From Balamuthia mandrillaris (taxonomy: Eukaryota), in NCBI GenBank assembly GCA_031835245.2, contig JAVKOQ020000114.1:62001-126000 (forward strand): DNA of 64,000 nt, in the 5' to 3' direction. Position 1 is the stretch's first letter. Every line of letters starts with the position of its first letter. A program made the position numbers and the translations under genes. Positions 56,111-64,000 of the stretch are shown here, one piece after another. A model generated the notes under the pieces. The model was not told the DNA's origin. It saw nothing but the letters and a program-made list of their open reading frames with translations, and searched no databases.

Positions 56111-59100
56111 ATGAAGGGATGGGGAGGCATGCGCTCCGACTCGGCCTCCTCCGCACAAACCATCTCTGGCGGAACCTTTCTGGCTTTGGTGCTTTCTTTC
56201 ATCGATGAAAATGGTAGCACTCTCTCTTTTTTTTTTTCTTCATCAGTCAGCTCTCTCTCTCATCTTTCTCTTTCTCTTTGTAGAACAAGCTCTAAAGAAC
56301 AACACGACCAAGTTCACGTTGAATCCTGTTTGTCTAAAGTTTCTGTCGGAGAAGCTCCTCGAGTTTAAACGAACAGGTACCTCTTCTTTTCTCTTCTCTT
56401 TTTTTTTGCTTTGCTCTTTTCTTTGTTGTTGTTTTTCAACAACGAAAGAAAATATATTTATAATTTTTTTTTAAAAAAAGGACGCAGAGTGAGTTCGGTG
56501 CAGCAGAGTGCCAAAGCGATCAAGTATCGTGAGACCATGACGCGCATTGCGTACTTTATCGATGAGCTCAAAACCCTAAAAGTTGGTTTTCTTGTTGTTC
56601 TTGTTCTTGTTCTTGTTCTTGTTCTTGTTCTTGTTCTTGTTCTTGTTCTTGTTCTTGTTCTTGTTCTTGTTCTTCTCTCTTCTTGTTCTTGTTCTTGTTC
56701 TTGTTCTTGTTCTTGTTCTTCTTCTTGTTCTTGTTCTTGTTCTTGTTCTTGTTCTTCTCTCTTCTTCTTCTTCTTCTTCTTGTTTTGCTTGGTCTTATTT
56801 TTTTAATTATTTTTTTTGGCAATGAGCACAGATAGAGCCAACGCACGTGGGTGTATTGGAATCCACTCATCCCATTGACCTTTCTCTCTTTAGGTCAGTC
56901 GAACATTTAGAGGTACCGTTCTCTTCATATTTGCGAGAGGAGAGAAGAGAGAGAAAGAAGAGACGCACGCAATCAAAAGAGAAATGCGGATTTTGTCTCA
57001 TTAACAGATCGTCATGTTCTCTCATAACTGATGCAAACAGTTGCAAGGCTGCAAACCACAGCTTATAGAAGGGTTGAAACAAAATTGGAGCAAACAACTA
57101 TCTGTGCTGATAGTGGAGGAAGCTGGAATGACAAGCTTGGAAGAGTTATTGGCTGTTAAAGAGAACAAAGGAGATGAACACTTGAAAGAAAAAGAGAAAG
57201 AGAACGAGCAAAACGAAGAGGGGAAAGAGGCAGATGGCGTAGAACCTTGGTACAAAAAGACAGGAGGCGCATGGCACAAGTTGCGGTGGCTCAAGTGTAC
57301 TCGAAACGCAATCACACGGCTCGATGAGTCTCTGGTAAGGAAACGCTCCAATTATCATCTTCTTTTCCATCAAACTAAGTCATTTTCCTTGTCTGTCCCA
57401 CTTGCTTTGCTTTTCCTATTGTATTCTCTTCTTCTCTCGTTTTCGCTTCTCTTTCTTCTCCACTTCTTTCTCTGTTAAACAGCATGAATTGGTGCACGTG
57501 ACACGCATAGAGCTGCAACACAACGCCATTTTCAAAATTGAGAACTTGCAGTATTGCATAGAATTGGAGTATCTCAATCTGGGCTTCAACAAGATATCAT
57601 CAACGTTCCAAATCAACCATGTCATAGGCTCTCTCAAATTTCTCATTCTTCGCGACAACATTCTCAAAAGTACACTTGGCTTGGAAAGGTTTCTTTCTCT
57701 TCTGGACCTTCTTCATTTTTCTCTTCTCTGCTTAACTAACAAAAACAACAACAACAAAAAGAATCCTCTCCCTTGAAAAGTTGGATCTATGCGATAATCT
57801 AATAGAAGACTTCGAGGAAATTGAGCGGCTAAACTGTCTCCCATTGTTAGAGGGACTTTGGACAAAAGGCAATCCTATCGACGCCAAACCCAACTATCGT
57901 CTTCGCACCATCGCTTCCTTTGGTCCCAACTTGGAAACATTGAATGGATCCCCTATTACTGACGAAGAACAGCGGTACAGATATCTCATGCAACAACAAC
58001 GTCGGAAATCGTCTAGAACAACTGAGGATGGTTCAGCAACTCCTTCTAAAAACACTTCCTCTTCTCAGAGTAACTCTCCCATACTGCGAGCGCAAACAAT
58101 GAGCTCGCTCGCGATTCCAGTCTTTGGAGGTTCTGTCAGCGCCGCTTCTTCGCCATACGGTTCTTCGTTTAGGGACAACACCAGTTCCTTTTCAACTCAC
58201 TCTCCATCTCTGCGCTCTCAACAGAAGAAGAAAAAGGTACTCTTTGGTTTTCCGTTTCTGTGTCCTTTTTCCCTGCCCTATTTTTAGTTTGATTGTTTAT
58301 TCATTTGTTTTCAAATGAGCAGAAGAAAAAGAAGAGAGTGGCCGTTATCGAAAATTTGCCCAGCCCACAAAACTTTGAAATCAAAAAGTATACCAACAGC
58401 ACTCCTCTCATCGAGCCAATAATAGAAGAGGCAGAACAGCCCACCACCAACACTACTCCCGAACAAAACGACACGTCTGTTTCTTCTTTATCTCAAGTCG
58501 AACAAAACAAGGACAAAGAGAAAAAGACAACTGAAGGAGAAGCAAATAAAACAACATCAGAACAAAACGGGAAACATTTGGATGTCTACAACGATGATGA
58601 CGACGTTGAAGCGTTTCAGAGCAAAGTACAAGCGTTGCACAAGGAAGGAGGCACTCGGTGGTTGCTCGTTTTGAATGAACTTCAAAAGGCTGAGTCGCCA
58701 GAAACAAAACGACAGAGAGAACGACAGGAGAAGGCAGTGCAAGAAGAGCAAGAGAGAGAGCGCAGAAAGAGGATGTACGAAAAAATGCAGCTGCTTCAAA
58801 GACAAGCTTCGCAAAGAATAAACGAGAAGATTATCAACGAGATATCTGAGGATAAAGATGAAAAGAAGGCTGCTGCTTCTTCAACGGAAAAACAGGAGGA
58901 GAAGAAAGACGCTTCTGCTTCGTCACCACCTACCCCGTTGACCACTCCTGGTGAGAAAAAATCATCACCCGTTGTGGACAAAGGAAAAGAGAAAGACAAA
59001 AGAGAGAGCAAGTCCAATGTTAATATTGATATGGATGCCGTTGATGATATGTACGTATCTTTGATTCTCTTTCCATTTTTTTCCATTTTTCAAATCTTTT

Positions 59101-60415
59101 GACATTTCTTTACCATGGGTTACACTATAGCACGGAAGATTTTGCTGTGGAGACAGAAAAAGGAGAGCCGAGAATATTGCTGGTGGGCAATGTCAACATC
59201 ACAGAAGCTGACGTTACTACTGGCAGAAATATTATCTCGCGTCCATCCAAGTATCTTTTCAATGTCACAGACGTTACGCCTGGTACTTCCATCGCTCGTC
59301 TCCCTCCCTTCTCTCTCTCTCTCTCCCTTTATTTTGTCTCTCCTCTTCCTCTGTTTGGCCTTACGAACCCATGAAAGCGAAACTATGTGCTTTTGTGATT
59401 TGCACCGGCCATATAACAAAAAGGACAGAGTAGATTTTCATAATTTACTTTGTGTATCGTGTTGGAATGAACTGATCTCTTTCGCTGGCTACAATAGCCA
59501 AATTTCTTCTATTGAGAGAGATCCATCCATGGATGCAACATTCATTTACTTTGTTCTTCTATCCCTTCTCTCTTTCTGTCTTCCCCTCTTTTTCTCTTTC
59601 TCTGAGTTTGCTTAACAAAACCGTTCAAAAAGGAGGGCAAGGTTTTGCTGTTGTTCGTTTGGACTTTTGGCCACCGCGAAGATGGGCCACAATGGAGAAC
59701 AGAACCGCAGTGGTGGACAGTTCGACCTACACTCTTGAAACCTTTGAGCAAAAGAGTCATCTCGTTGCGTTATTGCAGAAGCATATTGAACGGAATAGCA
59801 AAGCACAAACTCAGGTGCAGTGCATGAACTGCTCCAAAGTCTTTACTGTGGAAGCAGGCGTGAAGCAGGTTGTGAGCTGTCCCAATTGTAACGGCTCTTT
59901 CCTCATTTACTACGAAAGGTACTTTTTGACCTTTCTGCTTCTACGTTCTTCCTGCTTCTTTTTGTTTATATTTTGCAATGTTAACTTTCCCTCTCACAAA
60001 CATCTCCAGCCCTGACGCTCAAAGCAAAGCCGGCACCAACAATGGGGATAACACGTCCTCACCTGCAATAACGGACTCTGAATCCGCTGAATTACCATCC
60101 AGAGAGAATGCCACAAGGTTCCTTTATTTATTTTTTCCTCTTCTCAGAATTCTTGTTTAACATCTTACGCTCCGAAAAAAGTGATGCCTCATCAGGAAAT
60201 ACATCTACAGAGCAATCCACCTCCCAAGACAGCAATAGCAGCAACACAGTTGCTGCCAATAGAGAAGAATATGATGCCGACAGCATGGATGTCAATCTTC
60301 AGCTCCATCTCCGGCTCAACTTTTTCAAGGGCGGCTCCGCAGAGCAGCTCGTTTACTTTTTCGCCTCCAACTTAATGATGTATGATGCCAAGAACGACGA
60401 AGAGACGTACGTTAT

Positions 60416-60451
<36 letters not shown>

Positions 60452-61514
60452 GGTCCTTCAGCATTCTAATATCTGTCTCTCCTTTATAGCGTGGCCTATT
60501 TGTTACTTACAACACTTAATCTGTACATTTTGACAAGAAAGCGCAAACCTACAGCACAAGATCCCGGTATTCCTTCATGATTCTTTGTTCCTCTTTCTTC
60601 TTTCTTCCTTCTTCCTAACTGCCATCTCCAAAAGGTTACACGCTTTTAGCCGAATACAAATTAGGACAACTGCGAAGACTCGTCATTGGTCTCTTTTATC
60701 AATACTTTCGATTGGAGGTGGAAGAGTCCAAGGCATTTGTTTTCCTTACGCGAGAGCATGGCCGTACCCACCGCTTCCTAAACCTTTTGTTCTCGACGGT
60801 GCAGCGCTGCGAGGACATCTTTGATCCTATAGAGCCAGTCATGTACAACGAAGAGACCAAAGCTAATATAGCAAATGAGCTGTTGTTGGGTAAACCCGCT
60901 CCGATTCATGCCTACGCTTTGCTCTTCCACAAAGTTTATCCAACTCGTTCCAGTCTTATTCTTCCTTTTGGAAGAAAAGGTTTCTCTCCTGCTCTTCTCT
61001 TTTCTTCTCTGTCACATGCATGCAAAAGAATTTGTTATTTACTTATTGTTTTTTTCACAAAAGATACGGCGAGCTGGATGAGACGAACTCTCATTATGAC
61101 GAACGAACATCTTATTCTTAGCAACGAAGATTTGGCGCGGTGGCCCAAGCTGCATTATGCCGGCGCAAAGACACCCAACAGTCCCCAGTTTAGACCGATC
61201 AGTATGGTTATTATCAGTGACATCGTTGCATTGGTTTGTTCTCCCATTCTTTCTTGCCGTCTCTTTCTTTCTTGTCTTACTCCTTGTTCTCGCTGTCTCC
61301 CTCTTATTTGATGCAGGAATTGGATGCCACGGAAGAGACCTACTTCAAAGTGGTCTACGAGAGAGACGTAGTCGACACTAAAGAAAATCTGACCGTGGAG
61401 CTGATGACGCAAGGCGTGGAGGAGAGAAAGCGGCTCGTGAAAACCATTTCACAGCTGTGGTATGCCTTGTTCAAGCTGCCTTTGACCATAACCACCTCTT
61501 CTTCAAGCGGCTAG
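56111..61514 (+). CDS. STK11-interacting protein (STK11IP/LIP1)/nischarin-like leucine-rich-repeat protein, many exons; start codon uncertain
   Basis: IDLSLFRSVEHLE, LIEGLK, LRWLKCTRNAITRLDESL, LNLGFNKI, LILRDNIL, LDLCDNLI, KGNPI; later CxxC..CxxC and PH-like regions. Confidence 0.7.
56586..56782. repeat. (TTCTTG)n microsatellite, intronic
   Basis: Directly visible. Confidence 0.95.
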
Positions 61515-61655
61515 TTTGTTATTTTTGTTTTGTTGATGAAACCTTTTATTGCTTGTCTTTTCTGGTTTTATTGTTGTTTCTAACGGCTGTCTTATACAAA
61601 CCTTGCTGCAATTCAGCCCTCCTTCTCCAAGTTGAGAGAGGAAAGGGATAACTTA

Positions 61656-61692
<37 letters not shown>

Positions 61693-62082
61693 CAGAGAAA
61701 CAATCCGAGTTAGTGGTGATGAACAGCTGGACGCAATGCTCCTTTGCTCAGCGAAGGAGAAGGCTTGCAAGCGAGCTCGAGCCAACACAGGGTGAAGATG
61801 GGCATCACCAAAGGGGGAGGGGAAGCTTGTTCATGTTCGCCTTGGGGTTTGTTGTTGAGCGAAACGACGCCCAGGAATCATGACGACATGATGCACAAAA
61901 CCTGCCACGTCGACACCCAAAAACTATCTGATTGTTCATCGAATAATAATAATAATAATAATAATTAATGATTTTTCGCTTTTTGGTAAAATTTCGATAA
62001 CAATTCAGCAAATATCAACAAAAACAAAATCGGAGCGGACGAAGGCGGAGAAGAAGAGAGGGAGAAAGAGAGAGCTTCGCAG

Positions 62083-62592
62083 ATGCCACAGCTGACTTGG
62101 ATTTATCGTGTATCGGACCCGCTGATTCTGACCGCGGAGGAGAGCGAGCAGTTTGAGGAGCACAGAAGGTTGGCGAAACAGCTATGGCAAAAGATTAGGC
62201 CCGAGTCACCTCGCAGGCACTGCGTAGAAGCAGGCGACCACTACTTCATGTTTGTCTCTCACCTGTTTTTATTTTTACCTCATCTCTTTTTTTCGCTCTC
62301 TCTCTTCTCATCTCTTTTTTTCTCTCTCTCTCCACTTTTTGTTTGTAGGTACATTATAGAGGGAGATGTGTGCTACATAACGCTGTGCGACAGTGTGTAC
62401 CCCAAAAAATTGGCTTTGGCCTTCTTGGAAGAGATCAAGAAGGAGTTTGACATACAGTATGGGCCTGAGGTCAAATCTGCACGAAGGCCTTATGCTTTCA
62501 TCAAGTTTGGTGCGTTGTTTGTTTAGGAGGAGAGCGCGTATGAGCGAGAAGAGAAACCAATTTAGAGGAAGAGAAAGCATAGAAGCACAATA

Positions 62593-62634
<42 letters not shown>

Positions 62635-63207
62635 AATGGTGCACACAACTGACTATCATTATCGCTTCTTAGATACGTTTATTCAAAAGACCAAAAAGAT
62701 GTATCTAGATACCAGGTCTGAACGCAACCTTGACATAGTGACCAAAGAACTCAGCGATGTGCAACGTATCATGTCACAGAACATTGAAGAAATCCTTAAC
62801 AGGGGCGACAAGCTCAATTGTATTCTCCTCTTCCTTCTTCTTCTTCTTCTTCTTCTTCTTCTTCTTGTTCTTCTTCTTCTTCTTCTTGTTGTTGTTGTTG
62901 TTCGTGTTCTTCTTCTTGTTCTTCTTCTTCTTCTTCTTGTTCTTCTTGTTCTTCTTCTTCTTGTTCTTCTTCTTCTTCTTCTTCTTCTTCTTCTTCTTCT
63001 TCTTCTTCTTCTTCTTCTGTTCCGTCACTCACAAGTACACATGCAGCGGTAACATCAAAGTCAGAGAGACTCGTGTTCGAGTCAGAGAGCTACAAGAAGA
63101 AGGCCAAATGGTTGAACGAAGCTTTGTTTTGGAGAAAGTGGAAGCCCGTCATCATAGTTGGTGTTATTCTCCTCTTTTGCTTTTATCTCTATTTCTTTTG
63201 GTTTTGA
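62083..63207 (+). CDS. SEC22: Longin R-SNARE Sec22, 4 exons
   Basis: YPKKLALAFLEEIKKEF, RPYAFIKFDTFIQKTKK, VQRIMSQNIEEILNRGDKL, C-terminal TM helix. Confidence 0.95.
62826..63019. repeat. (CTT/GTT)n microsatellite, intronic
   Basis: Directly visible. Confidence 0.95.
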
Positions 63208-63324
63208 ACAGCTGGTTGAACAAACATTGTGATGACTTACTATTCATTCACTCACTTTTTTTTTATTTGCTTCTCACTCAGAAAAGTGATCACTCTTTCT
63301 CTCTCTTTCTCTTTCTTATCCTTC

Positions 63325-63977
63325 CTATTTGCGAAGAAACTGTTTGTTGACACAGTTACGAGGACCGCTTTCTCCCGTCAACACTCTCTTCACCTCCAAC
63401 GCCGCTTTGGTGCGCATCTCCACAAAGGCCTCATCGCTGTAGAACGCCGTGTGCGGCGTGATGATCAAATTGGGAACATCCTTCAAGTGGCCATCCACGT
63501 AGGGCTCCTCCTCCAGCACATCCAACGCCGCTCCTCTCACCCTTCCGTCCTTCAACGCGGCGAGCAAGGCGGCTTCCTCGATAAGCCCTCCGCGTGCGGT
63601 GTTGACCAAGAAGATGCCTTTGTCCTCCTCGCCTTTGAGCTGCCTTCGCTCGGGGGAGGAGAGGAAGGAGAACGCGGTGGAGTCGAGGAGGTGGTGGTTC
63701 GTCCTGTCGAGGAGGCAGTGCAGGGAGAGGACATCCGCTCTCACCATGGCCTCTTGCAGCGTGTCCACTCGCTCTATGCCCAACGCTTTGTCCAGCCCGT
63801 CCTCCACGTACGGATCTTTTGTTATGTGTTGTTTTGTTTGTTAACAAGAGAGCAGAGAAGCAGAGAACTAGAGAAGGAGAGGGAGAGAGGGAGAGAGAGA
63901 GAGGGAGAGGGAGAGAGAGAGAGAGAGAAGAGAACCATAGAAGAGAACTTGGAAGCCAAAAGCTTTGGCTCGCATGG
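63325..63977 (-). CDS. CtBP-like D-2-hydroxyacid dehydrogenase, 3' part (5' end off the window)
   Basis: AKAFGFQVLFY|DPYVEDG, LSLHC, FLVNTARGGLI, GAALDV..EP, NLIITPHTAFYS, RNCVNK. Confidence 0.85.
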
Positions 63978-64000
63978 CTGCAGCCTTTGGTTTGGTTGAA

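Overview
Gene-dense, intron-rich eukaryotic DNA. Short GT-AG introns stuffed with CT/CTT/TTG microsatellites and the gene content suggest a free-living amoebozoan (inference). About 22 protein genes can be reconstructed: PP2A-A scaffold, QCR9, eIF3j, Hsp10, GRIP golgin, a TM coiled-coil protein, Mdm31-like, TLC, phospholipase B-like, F-box proteins, a CCCH-FG-NTF2 fusion, C20orf27/ADISSP-like, a putative beta-sandwich transcription factor, homeobox, USP, ZGRF1, a CRIB/STE20 kinase, a CCCH-RD-HA protein, Twinkle, STK11IP-like, Sec22 and a CtBP-like dehydrogenase. Non-coding highlights: (1) two identical convergent tRNA-Arg(ACG) genes enclose a ~580 bp spacer holding the C-terminal RuvC-III end (DRDANAARNIL) of a TnpB/Fanzor nuclease, followed by a strongly base-paired omegaRNA-like structure, i.e. 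a probable non-autonomous, guide-RNA-only Fanzor element; (2) a clear U25/snR56-like box C/D snoRNA at ~36.3 kb; (3) an F-box paralog whose middle is replaced by a GC-rich insert, giving a chimeric ORF. Gene models and family calls come from manual splicing and motif recognition; no searches were run.
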